The notes under the pieces are model-generated. The model searched no databases and was not told the origin of the DNA. It worked only from the letters and a program-made list of their open reading frames with translations. From assembly GCA_010093815.1 (NCBI GenBank), contig ML996570.1: a DNA stretch of 64,000 nucleotides; one strand, given 5' to 3'. The position numbers and the translations under genes were made by a program. Origin of the DNA: Pseudovirgaria hyperparasitica (taxonomy: Eukaryota). Each line of letters begins with the position of its first letter. Position 1 is the stretch's first letter. Below are positions 24,644 through 38,027 of this stretch, piece by piece.

Positions 24644-25384
24644 TTATGGCACAGTACATGAATGCACAATGATATTTAAAAAGAGCATTTGTCGACAGTG
24701 TAGGCAATGTCCAGATCAGGTTATTTCGATTGGTAGCCATGTGGTATCTGTGGTAAAAAGTGACCCAGTGAAACACAGAGAACGCCGTGGAACAAGAGTC
24801 TGACGCGTCGCACGATGGATTAGTAAAATCTACACTCTATATTGCTTACAAGTATGCGGTACGTCTCACATAACGCGCATACATCTAGGGTGCTGCCGCA
24901 TAACACGGTAACCTTAGCAGTTAAGCACGAGTCCTCACGTTCGCAGGCCGAGTAATAGCGTAGAGTATTACACAATGGTCTTAGACTTCTGAACGAAATC
25001 ACATAATATTGTCGAAAGGAATGATGCTGTGTTCGTTGTTTATAGTTTGATTATCATACTGTCCAACGATGGTAGATCCATAAGGTAGGTAGGGGCCCCG
25101 CCGCATGGATTTCTAATCGAGAAGACGCTCTACTAGTAGCTCGGGGGCCCCGTAGAAGAGCTCTGCTGCACCAATAAGATCCCTCACACCATGTCGAACA
25201 GCTGTAGATGGTATCATTTTGACAGCATCATCAATAGTTACGTGGTAGTCACGTAATCTGCTTGCTAGGTTCCCTCGTCTTCCATGCATGGGTGCTGTGG
25301 CTTGCTATTGCTAATGCTAATATATCGCATCTGCCCCTCTATTGTGCCATCGGCTTGGAAATCATCCAGCACTATATAAACCAC

Positions 25385-26405
25385 ATGCTCCGTTCTCCTC
25401 TGCGCCGCTTGGAGCATACAACTCGTCTCTTTACTACCTCTTCTATCATTCCCACATACAGACGTTTCAACTCCGACATGGCTTCAGAACGACCCACTGG
25501 GACCATCGCTGACAAGGGCCTCGAGCTTCTCAGTCTTGCGACGCCTAATGGTGTCAAGGTTTCGATCCTGCTCGAGGAGCTGAAGGCAACTTATGGCCTG
25601 GATTACAAGTATCAGAACATTAATATCATGAGCAATGTACAAAAAGAGAAGTGGTTCACCGACCATGGACCAAATGGACGTATTCCAGTCTTGATGTAAG
25701 TTAGCCGAGACGTCATTGTAGACGGTGGGGTGAGCTCATCCAAGCCTCGCAGCGATCATGACCGCCAATACTCCCTCATGGAAGGCATTCCGATCCTCAG
25801 ATACCTCGAAGACCACTACGACCCCAAGCACACCTTCGACTTCACCGACGAGACAGAACAAGCGGATGCGCTGCAATGGGCGTCATGGGGACATGGTGGT
25901 GTAGGGCCCATGCAAGGCCAGGCAAACCACTTCCTGTGCGACTCTACAACATCCCACCATCGCATCATCAAACTAATCTCTTGACAGCCGCTACGCAAAA
26001 GAGAAGATTCCCTACGGCATCCAACGATACGTCGGCGAGACCGAACGTCTCTATGGTGTTCTCAACACTCGCCTCACAGGCCGCGATTACGTCGCCGGTG
26101 CTGGTAAAGGCAAATATTCATGGGCTGACATTGCGCTCTTTGGCTGGGTTAACATCTCTTATTGGTCTGGTGTCGATATCAAGGAGCCACAGTTCTCAGA
26201 GGTGTACAGGTGGTGGAAGAGTATCGTCGAGCGACCGACCGTACAGAAGGGCATCAGCATCCCAAAGGGTCCAATGGACTCAACTAATCAAAGATACTTG
26301 GAGAGGCTAGAGACGGAGCCAGAGTTCAAGAAGGGTGAGGCTGAAGCGAAAGAATTAGTGAAGAAGGCAAAGGAGCAGTATGGTTATAAGTTCAACCCTG
26401 TATAA
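25385..26405 (+). CDS. Glutathione S-transferase (Ure2/YfcG-like), 3 exons
   Basis: TPNGVKVSILLEEL, PNGRIPVL, GPMQGQANHF, RYVGETERLYGVLN, SWADIA. Two in-frame ATGs (25385, 25478). Confidence 0.92.
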
Positions 26406-27019
26406 AGTATAAACAGACTGTAATTATTAAAACATCAATCTTGAAGCGGGTCACAAATGTGGTGTTGACATCATCACGCTAGGTTCTAGCTCATCACAGC
26501 CAGCGCCCCTATCATTAGTGGAGAGAACTTCTCAATGTTGAAGCTGATAATAATTATTACCATAAGCATTCAATTTCCGATTTTGATTCTATGATAACTC
26601 TCAACGTCCAGACCACCTCGAGACGTGACATTAATGAAAGAAAAAACTTGTTCCAGCTATGTGATTGGCATATGACGCCGCGACCCACCCCTTATCTCAG
26701 CCTTCTTCGGTCCAGGACCCAAGTTGAGGATATGCCAAGTAGGCTTATCATCTCCCTGCACATCTCACCACTCGCAACAGTTCTTGGCAGGAACTGCCTC
26801 ACGTATCTTCTTGAACATGCGCATCTCGAGCCAACCAGGAACCTTGAGTTTCTGACGTACAGGCCTTCAATGGCTACGGTAGACAAGATATACGCCGTCT
26901 GACGCGCGGTAAACAATCATTCATTCAGATAGAGGCATGCCTCATTACATACAAAAGACGCATATTTCTTTGGTTCTACACACCCTTTGGAACAGTTATA
27001 TCTAATCAACACTTCCGAT

Positions 27020-28767
27020 ATGAGTGCCTCACTTGACCATAAGGGCCCTCATGCCGACGAGGCCGCCATCGATTCTACCCCAAATGTTGCCGTAGGCACA
27101 CTCGTAGATGACAAGCTCACCACAAACGAACTCCAACAATTCGGGCAAACAAAGCGCGGTCTCTCCCCTCGCCATGTCCAACTCATGGCCATCGGCGGCT
27201 CCATTGGCACTGGTCTTTTCGTCGGCATCGGCTCCTCGCTCAGCAACGCCGGACCGCTCTCCCTTCTTCTCGGATATCTGTTCTGGGGCATCCTATTCGT
27301 GTGGCCCTGTAACCTCTGCGTGGCGGAGATGTGTGCCTGGCTCCCTGTGCGTGGCACTATCTTTGAACTCGCCTCAAGGTACGTGGATCCTGCGATGGGG
27401 TTCGCTTTAGGATGGACGTACTTCTTTGCAGGGACGATGCTCATGTGTACGGAGTACAGCGCAGTGGCGACTGTCATAGGATATTGGGCGCCAGAAGTGA
27501 ATCCAGCGGTGTGGGTGGCCATGGCGATGGTGGTGTGTATTACACTGAACGTGGTTGCTGTGAAGTGAGTTTCTATATCTATGGCCCCCAGGAAGCAGAT
27601 TAGACTGACCAGTACAGATGGTACGGCGAATCTGAGTTTATTATGGCATCGACAAAGATTCTCCTCCTTGTCGGTCTCATTCTGCTCACTTTCATCACCA
27701 TGCTTGGCGGTAATCCCAAAGGCGACCGGTATGGATTCCGCTCCTGGACAAACGGCAACGCAATGCACGCCTACTATACCTCTGGTGCAACAGGTCGCTT
27801 CCTTGGATTCTGGTCTGTCGTCCGATATGCAGCCTTCACGGTCGCCGGGCCAGACCTGATATCTCTTGCGGCTGGAGAAATTCGCAACCCACGGCGCACC
27901 ATTCCCCGTGTCGCCCGCCTCGTCTTTTACCGCCTCGTCGGCTTCTACGTGATCGGCGTGCTTGCTGTCGGTATCATCTGCTCATCGCGTGACACGCGTC
28001 TGCTCAACGCCTTGGATGCTGGCACGTCAGGCTCTGCTGCATCGCCATGGGTCATCGGCATCGAAAACCTATCTATCAGCGGACTACCAGGCCTGATCAA
28101 CGCGCTCATTCTACTGTCAGGCTGGTCATGTGGAAATGCATACTTATACAGTGCCAGCCGCACGCTGTACAGTCTAGCCAGAGACGCACAGGCGCCACGA
28201 CTTTTCAAGAAGTGTACAGCAGCGGGTGTGCCCGTGTTTGCTGTGACTGCTGTATCTCTGCTCGCGTGCATGACGTTCTTGGTCGCAAGCGACAGCGCGA
28301 TTACCGTGTTGTTCTGGTTCATCAACCTGACGACTATCGCGCTCATTCTCACCTACACGGGAATGCTGGTTACGTTTGTGTGCTGGCACCGTGCGCTGCG
28401 GGCTCAGAATATCTCGCGGTCTATTCTGCCATATCGAGCACCATTGGCGCCTTACTCAGCGTATCTCGCAATTGGTGTCGGGTGTACTGTAATGTTGTTC
28501 ATTGGTTTCGATGTTTTTGAGCCATGGAGCACGCAGGGCTTCATCACGAGTTACTTTGGCCTAGCTTTTGGGGTTGTGATGTTTGTGGGATGGAAGGTGG
28601 TGAAATGTACGCACTTTGTGACAGCTCAGAAGGCGGATGTATGGAGTGGCAAGAAAGAGATCGATGAGGAGTGTCATGAATGGGAGGCGGGTGGGATTGA
28701 AGAGAATGAACGTCGTAGACTAGCTGGCATGACGTTCTTAATGAGAACATGGGAGAGCATGTGGTGA
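27020..28767 (+). CDS. Amino acid permease (APC superfamily, fungal YAT family), 2 exons
   Basis: RGLSPRHVQLMAIGGSIGTGLFVG, YGESEF, AAGEIRNPRRTIP, SPWVI, SRTLYSLA, multiple TM segments. Intron at ~27566-27618. Confidence 0.94.
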
Positions 28768-29080
28768 AGATCATAAAGATGAGATCAGTAGGTGATTAGC
28801 CGGATCTTTTTGTACAGCTTTTGTCGGTAGACACGGTGACAAGTTGCGCCCTTATACATAGGTTAGAATAGCTAGGGTGAAGCAGAACACCTCTAGTCGC
28901 AGTCTAGCACGATCTCTGTGCTCATCCCAGGAAAAAGAATAGCATACAAGGGTTCTATGAACCTTGGACCACAGTCGAAGACACCACTTGAAACAATTTG
29001 TTGCATCATGACTACCTACACATGTCTTACCATTGCCAAAGAGTGTCCCATCCTCAAGCATATCGTACACATACAGCTAG

Positions 29081-29619
29081 TCAGCTCCATAACCTAGGAA
29101 GCTTCCTCAAGCCCGAGCACAGTCTCTTCGTTGAAACACTCACTTCCCCCTTCCTCATGTTGCACAACACATGTAGTCTCAATCTCCCCCTCGCCATATC
29201 TCGTAGTCCTATGTTACCTTAGCCCACGTCCACGTCGTCTCGTACTTCGGAACTTACGTCTCACTCAAGCTATGCGCCAACTGTAAAAGATATTCATTGT
29301 TATCGCTACCAAATAGTCGGAACGAAAACCTCGCCACGTTGCCCCCTGGAATCGTGTCATCAGGGCCGGTGCACTTCACAAATGGACCCGTGCTGAGGAC
29401 CGGGTTTGTAGCTGAGCAGTTCAGTTTGTACGGCTCAGGAGAGGAGGGTGTCGAGCTGATGGCAAAGTCGACACTCTTGATATCATGAGCAGAGCTGGCG
29501 CCACGAACAAGGTGGAAGTCGGTGATTTTGACTTCTTCAGCAGGGGCGGTGGGACTGGATTGAGGAAGGGCAGAGCAGAGTGCGACGAGCAGGATGGCGG
29601 TTGAAGTGAGGGAGTACAT
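29081..29619 (-). CDS. Small secreted protein, probably with an Alt a 1 (AA1-like) domain, 2 exons
   Basis: Signal peptide, VKITDFHL..IKSVDFAI..LNCSA..FVKC..FSFRL..YLLQLAH. After a GTAAGT..TAG intron (~29257-29207) it continues TRYGEGEIETTC..LC. Four mature-chain Cys. Confidence 0.7.
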
Positions 29620-30610
29620 ATTAGGGTGACAAAGTCTTTGGTACTGGATTGGAAGGTAATTCTGTTGGTGTAGAACGGATTGCTGTTGCTGACTGAATGG
29701 TGTCTATGCATATGGGCGTTGAGAGATTTTATATTCTTGACTTCTTGAGATTCCGGATATCCGCTTATCGGATTGACGGTTCGTACTCATCCCATGTTAC
29801 TCGACGTCATACGCCTTTGTGTCTTTACGTTCGTTGACTACGGATACAGCCGCTGCAACGTCTACGGACGGACCGGGATACGACATTGCCATTTCAACTT
29901 TACCCAAAGAAGAATTGGGAAGATATAAAACATATTCAAGATGGGGGCTAATATCACCTAAAGTCGCCGATATATATGGCGCTGTCTGGATTATGCTGTC
30001 ATATATTGGTCCGTGTTGACCAAAATTTACACTGCGAATAAAGCACAGCCCGGCAGCCAATGCAGGTTATCATGAAGAGATATAGACTCATTCATCTGGA
30101 TTAAGAGGGCTATAGCAACCTGATCCGGCTTAGGGATCTTCGATGTTGATCATTTGCTGAATTGAGTAATATACTCGAATGGGGCCAAAAGCCAATTAAA
30201 GTTAGCATTTTGTAGGTCTTGCCATGTGCCGAACCAGCTATGAAGTCGCTGATTAAAGTATCTGGAAGTATATTCAGAGCATCGAACAAATATCTGGACA
30301 CTAGATACATAATCTAGAAAGAGACCCTCGCGACGGCTAGTTTCGTGAAATATAGTTCTGACTATCGGTGAATTACGTATAGACCTGATGACGCAATGAT
30401 TGGTCATAAGTTGAGTAGTCTTGAAAAAATGACCGTTGCTTCAAGTAAATACTACAATGGAACTCGCGAAGACTGGGGTAATCGCATAGCCAAAAAAGTA
30501 TTTTGAGGGGCGCGTTGTTTAAAATAGCAACGTTGTTGGGGCCTTAGCAGACCGATGCTTCCAGCAATCTATGATCGACAATGGGATATCTTACACGGTA
30601 TTTGCAAATT

Positions 30611-31945
30611 TTATATATGTGCCCAGCCATTGTCGGCGAGAACTTGCATCTCGTTAATGAGGCAAAATGCGCCTTTCTCCTCGTTGCCCTTTGAAAGTGA
30701 CTTCCATGTGGCTACTCGGCGTGATATTCTCCAGTTCTGCATCCATGTAAATGTAGCACGACGCTTGATTCGGTTTATCCAAAGGCCAACCACAATGTCG
30801 AACGATGAGAGCCAATCGTCGCCACCGTTTCGGTGGACGGCTTTATATGCTGGTCCATTATAACCAACTCGTACTGCTGGATTCAGCCAGACACCTTTCG
30901 TTACCGAAAGCGGATTGTCCGCGTGGATTAAGCAGCATTCAGAGCCTTCGACATGAAAATTGGCCAAGGTGTCTGTAATTCCACGAAATCGGAGAGGATT
31001 GTTCGTCCTATAGAAAGGAGATGCATCCATTACCACTACGTACGCTTTAGTACCGACGCTGTAAGAAGACTCAAATTACCATACCGATGCCATTCCAACA
31101 GCTAGATACGGGCACTGGCACATTATGCTTTAGTGCATTACGAGACGCGGAAGATCGAAAGTAGGGCCACGTTTGCATTAAGGTCTCGTAGCCATCGGAA
31201 TCCCGAAGAGCGAAAGTGTCATAAAAATTGGGTGGCTTTGAGAAGTCCAAGGCGCATGCAGCAGCGTACTCACCTCCATTAGTCTGCATGAGTCGGAAAA
31301 TATCGTCGGTCTGTGGTCCTGCGTCAGCATAGCCCTCACGAGAGGTAAAAGTGCTTGACTCACGCTAAACACTACGTCGTTCATGTGTATTACAAGATCA
31401 AATTGCTCTCCAGTCTCCTCTGCTAGGTCGTACAGCGGCTGCAAAGCGCGATTGCGTTGTTCAGATAGGTACGGTATCCGTCTCAACCGTTGCTTTCCGG
31501 ACGAGTCTTTGATCCAGCCTGACGAACCAGGCTTTTGCCTGTTTTCATCCTTATGTGTGGTGGCATTCATGACAATGGTGTGCCTGGCGCCTAAGTCATC
31601 CAAACGAGTTTCTAAATCTCTGAGAGCGCCTTTGGAGTCGTCCCAGCTGCCGCTCTCGTAGATAGAAATATACACGTTATCCACGCCAATCGCCTCAGTG
31701 AGATTCACTACAGCATTGTTCCAGTACTCTCTTAAAACCTTCTCATTATTCCAATGTATACTGGTGAGGAAGACCTTGCTGTTGGGGGTGGCTAAAGTGT
31801 GTGGTACCTCCTCGTGGTGTCGCACGAGGTTGCGATGGACGCGTATGAGGTCGAAAAAAGTCCAGAGGAAGAAAATCAAGAGGATCCCTCTTATCAGGCG
31901 AGCGCGTGATCGACGGTTGCCATAGTATGCTCGGCTCGAGAGCAT
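30611..31945 (-). CDS. Glycosyltransferase family 69 (Cap59/Cmt1-like alpha-1,3-mannosyltransferase), 3 exons
   Basis: Type II anchor, NVYISIYESGSWDDSK, RRIPYLSEQRNRALQPL, NDVVF, AACALDF..FYDTFALRD, VSSCWNG, EGSECCLIHAD. Confidence 0.93.
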
Positions 31946-33045
31946 GTTGTGGAGACCTGTTCACTGCGTCAGTTTCAGGAACTACAAAGGTCTGATAGGT
32001 AACTGCGTAGGGTTGTGCATACTTTATCTCGCTTCCATTCCTCCAACATCCGTGATAGCCGGATTATGGATGTTAAGATTGTTACGAATTAGGACTGAGA
32101 CTAGAACGTTCCTGAAGATGTTCATGAGCCTCGGTGCTCCTCCGAGCCCTAGGTTTGATGGATCCATGGATGAAGCTTGGACCATCTGTTTTCCACTCAT
32201 TAGAACGACCAACCGCGTAAGATCCAAAGACTTCCTCTGATGAACATGATATCATGATTCTCATATCCTATATCTGCTGTGTCATCATTGGGAGTTATGA
32301 GAGTAAGATCTCTTGTCATTTATCTACGCAAGACGATTAGTGCACCTCGACTGCGCTAACCTACTCATTCCAATGTCTGTCGAACAACAGTCATTACAGA
32401 GACATATAATGCTGCCCGTCGCGAACATACTAGGAACACGCTTATAGATTACCGTCTAGTTCCTGATGACTGGGACTGAGCCTTGTTCATCGCAAGACAT
32501 AGGTCTTAAGAGTAGTCCCCGCAGCAGCTCAATCACGCAGGAAGTCAATGGAGAAGGTGGTACGAAGCTATACACCAGGGCTTCACAAACGAGACGTCTA
32601 CAAACTAGCGCTTCGGTGGCCTCGCTAACAGTTTTAGACAATCTCTCCAGCTAGAAGCCATCAATTGTTCTGTATGACAGGGAATACTTATGCTGATATC
32701 CATCGTTTTACGAGAATCATACAACGAATATCTCCATTATCGGTAGCGATTGGACGTACACAGGGACTATCATCGCTCTCCGAGCTAGGATACTGGTAAT
32801 CCCCTCCGCCTGTAATTGGTGTTACAAATGATCAGTCAGAATGCCGTGTAACTCCACAGGCTACCCTTGTACCGCGCTATTGTCGTCGCAATGACGTTCC
32901 ATAGACACCATCCTGGTGTTACAAGCTTGTCGTACTATCATAATGATAAGATCACAAAATGTTATATATTCAAAAGGTTCTATCTTTTGGACCCATGCAC
33001 TTCATTCTCTGCTCGTCCTTGGCCTAGATTTATATCCACGAAAAT

Positions 33046-34752
33046 ATGCAGGAACCGAAGCGAGGGGCTTCTGCTACTTTGCACGCTTCGATATTCCATA
33101 ACAGTCCTGAGGATATCCTTCTTGACTTAAAGGACCATGGATGGGAAGCTGGTGATGCTCCTAGGAGGTTCAATGAAAGTGCAGCAGAACTGGCAACTCT
33201 GTTTGCCGAAGAACGAGAAGGATGGAAGGGCTACATAGAGTGGGAGCGCTACCCCGAGAAAAAGCGTAAAGCTGCCGAAATCCTCTCTAGATACAACTTC
33301 AAAGGGAACGATGAATTTCAACTTGTTCCTCTACCGAGTACCAACCCGATCCTCGAAGGCAAACGGTGGAAGCAATATCACAAAGCACTTGCTGGCACAA
33401 TACAAGATATTCCTGCTATCAGCTGGAAGTACGTCACTAAGGAGAAGTCAGATGACATGATTCACGTCTTACAATTCCCCTACAATGGCGAGCCACCCCG
33501 TGACCGTCTCGTTCAGACCGAGTTCACGCCCAACGAGGATCACTTCGTCCGCAATCACGGTGGGATACCTGAAATCGAACCGGAAAAGTACTTTGTGGAA
33601 GTGGACGGGCTCGTCAAAGAGCCTCAAAGCTTATCCTTTGCTGACATCCAGGATGAAACGAAATTTCCTCACAAATCACTCGTGGTTACTCTACAGTGCT
33701 CTGGCACACGGCGCATCGAGCAAATCCACGAATACCCTGGTGACGGTGACGAGCTGATCAATGCCCCTTGGGGTGAGGGGGCAATTGGAAACGCGCGCTA
33801 CACGGGTGTCAGCCTCAAGAAGATCATAAAGCACTGCGGCGGCCTCGTTGACGGTGCCGACAACATTGAATTCTATGGCTGTGACACATACTTCAAGAAA
33901 GGCCAGGTATACAACTACGTCGTCAGCGTCCCATGGCGCAAGGTAAAGGCCAATGAAGTTCTCCTTGCATGGGACATGAACGGTAAACCACTCCCTAAAA
34001 TTCATGGCTATCCACTGCGCGTTGTAGTATGTGGTTATATCGGCGCCCGCAGCTGCAAATGGCTTTACCGCATCAAAGGCATCAGAGGACCAAGCATGGC
34101 ACCCGTACAGATGAAGGAGTATCTCTACTACACGCCACAAGTTGGCAAGCAGAACGCCATGTACAGCAACGGCTTCTCGATTCAAGATATGCCGGTATCC
34201 AGTGCAATCGTAAGTTTTTCTCCATACTAAAGGCCTGCACTGATATGCAATCAGATGTCCCCAATCGACAAAAAAGTCATCGTGCATTCCGGTTCTATCT
34301 CCTTACGTGGCTGGGCCTATTCTGGCGGCGGCCATTGGCCAATCCGTGTCGAAGTGTCCGGCGATGGCGGGAGCATCTGGTACGAAGTGCCACCGGCTAA
34401 TCTTTCAACAAAGTACTATCACGGTTGGCGACTCTGGTCTATTGACTTACCCGTTGACGCAGAAGGTTGGCTAGAACTCTGCGTGCGGTGCTGGGATAAT
34501 GCGCTTAACACGCAACCGACCTTTGTGCGAAGCGCCTGGAACTGGGACTTGCATGTCACGAGTAGCTGTCATCGCATCAAGGTATATAGCGTGAACAAGA
34601 GCAGAAAGAGGACCAGTGAGAGGCTGGCAAAACTGGAGGAGCAAGGACTGGGGATCGAGCCGTTAACGATGCCATTAGAAGTGGATCTAGAAAGCGAGGA
34701 GGATTATATACAGCAGGTGATCAGCACGGGAGGCAGGGATCCGGTAGAGTGA
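33046..34752 (+). CDS. Sulfite oxidase-family molybdopterin oxidoreductase (no cytochrome b5 domain seen), 2 exons
   Basis: PYNGEPP, HFVRNHGGIP, TLQCSGTRR (Mo-ligand Cys), HGYPLRVVV, GARSCKWL, and a dimerisation domain GWAYSGGG..RVEVS. Intron 34210-34255. Confidence 0.92.
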
Positions 34753-35818
34753 TGAACTGTTCAATGTCATGAACCTTTCGATGTCTGTGGCTATAAATAT
34801 GCACAGTACAGAAACTCATCGTGAATGTCACATATGCATGGTACGTCTGATCAATTCCACAAAGTCTGCATCTATAGCAACCTAATATACGATGGTCAAT
34901 CGTGCATGTGAGGCTCCGTAGCGCCTGATCTAACGTTGGGAAGCTTTGTCACAATATACATATATATATACGCATGAAATTGCGCTCTCGATTTTGTGTT
35001 CTTCTAGCCGTTAAGACTAAAAGAAGCTCGTCTCAACTCCAGGAAGAGCTGTCTCTAGAATACTAACAAGGCAAATTCTTACGTCGGAACTTGATAAGCT
35101 TTGTTATCCATAAGAAATTCGATTAGCCGGGTAGAAGAGATTGAGGCAATAGCACTTAGGTAACGTATCAGGATACATGACATATGCAACCACTATTGGT
35201 AGAGCTTCACAGGGGTAGGCGAGATCCAAGGCTAAGTGCTGTCCCGGACTAAACTGTATGGATGTGAATCTTCACAGCGCTTATACATACATGTATTACT
35301 AGACATTTAGGGCCTAAATGTATATGAGATCTAGCTAGCCGAGCTTCTCATTCAGCATGTCTATCTGGTGCTATATCTTATACATTCTCAACAAAAAGTA
35401 CGTCTAATCATAAATACATTTGAGTATATGCTTAGATATTCTGATTGAATCTCTTTTTGTTGAAAAAATCTATGACAAGATCTAATGAATTGGCTAACTT
35501 CTGTACCTAATAGGTATGTGATTGGTTATAGGTGAGCGACAAGCGAAAACATCATACTAACGGCGATCTAAGCATTCTTCTAGGCATATTTAGCGAGAAG
35601 GCTTCGATCTAACACTTGACCTGCCTAACCCGATAAGGCAACTAGATATGGTAGAACAAGCTATTCAATTTCTCACGCAATGACTGACGTTAAATATCGA
35701 CGAATAGCGAGATATAAGAAGAGCATGGAACGCTTGAAAGCCAATATCCGCTTCCTCAAGACACGACATCGAACCACCCTCAAATCGTCTCCTCGACTCA
35801 TTCATTCCAACTTCTAAT

Positions 35819-36181
35819 ATGCATCTGACTGCTCCAGTCCTCACTATCTTCCTCCTCACCCTGGGTTCTTTCACAAACGCCCAAGCCAGCTGTACCATCG
35901 CCCGGTTCGCTGCTGGCGACTGCAAATCGAACCGCATAGCCCTTGGTACTCAGACAGGACCTGGCTCGAAATGCCTGACCTTCAAAAGAAACCGTGTAAC
36001 ATGCACCCAGCGACAGAACCCAACAACAGTTACAGGAGAGGGCCAGTGCACTTATACGATTTGGTCTGATGCAAATTGCAGTCAAGGTGGCGGGTATATC
36101 TACCGGACAGACTGCACAAATCCGGGGCAGTATATCGAGGCTGCACCGGGTGGTGGAAGTTTGAGTATTGACTGTGTGTAA
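35819..36181 (+). CDS. Small secreted cysteine-rich protein (effector candidate)
   Basis: 120 aa, signal peptide (..TNAQA/S), 8 Cys in the mature chain, intronless, TATA-like element at ~35713. Confidence 0.8.
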   Translation: MHLTAPVLTIFLLTLGSFTNAQASCTIARFAAGDCKSNRIALGTQTGPGSKCLTFKRNRVTCTQRQNPTTVTGEGQCTYTIWSDANCSQGGGYIYRTDCTNPGQYIEAAPGGGSLSIDCV

Positions 36182-36787
36182 AGAATAATCCGAGGAGGGG
36201 AATGGTCATTCTGCGATTTGGTATGTTCGGTTCCGGGCTAAAGATACTAGAGAACTATGAATGTAGTGCCAGGAGCCAGGATGGAGCGAAGTCATGATGT
36301 TCTCTGGTACTCGCTACATGGAGATCTGTTTTGCAGATAGACATTAGTTACTATCGCGTGGCGTACCAATAGGGACGGAGATCGAGCTTTACTGATAAAG
36401 GAAAGTCATATTAGTATCCATAAGTAATCTGATGTAGTACGAGGCAGATTCAATGCATGAATTCGAATACGCTAGTAGTGACAAGAAGACCCCAATTGTT
36501 GGAACGTATTCGAAGGATTTAACGAAGTCGATAGCGTCAGCTGAATATGTGCGAATGCGAGTCATTAGTCAGCGATCCATATTTTCGTTCCATTTGTTAT
36601 GGATGTCCGCAATTGACTAGGCCATAGGTAATCTGATATGAATTGTCAAGTCACGCCAAGACACCGATCCGCTCGTTGCACGCTGCTGGCACATGAATAA
36701 AATCGACTCCATGCCCATTTTAAATTCACGTTGTTCTCTTATACTTGATCCTTCGAGCTTGACTTACCTGCCGATATATAGCCAATA

Positions 36788-37333
36788 ATGCCAGCGTCAC
36801 TCTATATCCACGCATTTTCCATCACGGGATCGATCTTCGCTTCGGGTACTACCAATTCCGACAGGTCTGTTCAGAGCTTACTGTTGACAGGCGCCTCCCA
36901 AGCCCTTAATTACTTTGCTCTCCCAGCTGTACTCCTCGCACCAACCCCCTCACTCAAAGCAAGACAATTCGTCGCAGCTCACTGGCTGGGTCACATCACA
37001 ATTCCTCTGACATTCATCCCCTGCGGGCTTATGCACTTTTATCTCGCGTATAATGATGCTACAGCCAATAGTCGCCTCGAAACTATCGCTGGCGCAATCA
37101 CAATCAGTATATTCCCGCTGAGTGTCGTGTTCATCGAGAAGTTGTACTTGTACATCTATACTTTGAGAGGGAAGAAGGACGAGGAGATTGAGGCGGACTT
37201 GAAGAACAAAGGTGAAGGGGACCTTGATACGTTGATCGTTCGGTGGCAGCGGTGGAATACGTTACGAGCAGCGCTGCCGTTTATAGGTGCGATGGTGAGC
37301 TGGTGGAATCTTTTGGAGGATGTGAGGCAGTGA
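36788..37333 (+). CDS. DUF1772 / anthrone oxygenase-like membrane protein
   Basis: Four hydrophobic helices and C-terminal LIVRWQRWNTLRAALPFIG. Likely 45-nt intron at 36846-36890. Confidence 0.75.
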   Translation: MPASLYIHAFSITGSIFASGTTNSDRSVQSLLLTGASQALNYFALPAVLLAPTPSLKARQFVAAHWLGHITIPLTFIPCGLMHFYLAYNDATANSRLETIAGAITISIFPLSVVFIEKLYLYIYTLRGKKDEEIEADLKNKGEGDLDTLIVRWQRWNTLRAALPFIGAMVSWWNLLEDVRQ

Positions 37334-38027
37334 GTGTTTGGTCGTTGCGAGGTCCAGTGCTGGAATGCGGCAGAAGCTAGATGACTAATTAAAACGACAA
37401 CACCATCCATCGGAATTGGATAGATCTAAGCCTAATTCATTTTAGTCTGTTATCCACTTTCATTGGAACTTCGCCTCGCCTCACGTATTCATTTTCTGGA
37501 GATTTGACTCTACTAAAGATAGAGAAACATGTATAATCATGACATTGTATCATTTCTCATGCTCAAATACCATCGAAATTGACCATGGCCTGCATCTCCA
37601 AACGAAAGCGAGTACTCACCAGTTACTAAAGCAGCATGCATTCACATTGAAGGCACAAATGGAGAACAGTATCAAACCTCAATAGAAGCATGTACATGGG
37701 CTATTCCTTCAAATTTTCAATGATAGTCATGGTACGCCTATGGAGAAAGGAACCGTAAAGTGCTGCAGCCATGTCTCGCGCCAGCCACCAATGATGAAGA
37801 GTTCACTTCCGGCGACATCCTATGGAAGATCGCTCACCTCGCACGTAACAATTCATACATAACACTTCATACCCAACAGTACATCTTCTTTCTAGTCTGA
37901 TCCGCAGTTCCATCTGATCACCTACAAATAGACATTTGATCCCCCACAAAGCAATAGTCATATTACCCCTGATATATGCTAGATCAGCACGATTACGACC
38001 GGATCACTGCGGCTACGACGAACCTTT

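Noticed and set aside
35303..35321. 19-bp palindrome ACATTTAGG-G-CCTAAATGT
   Set aside because: Isolated, in AT-rich degenerate DNA, with no associated element ends.
15465..37333. Secondary-metabolite cluster (P450, methyltransferase, DUF1772, permease)
   Set aside because: No PKS, NRPS, terpene synthase or cluster transcription factor is present, and the genes are interspersed with unrelated ones.
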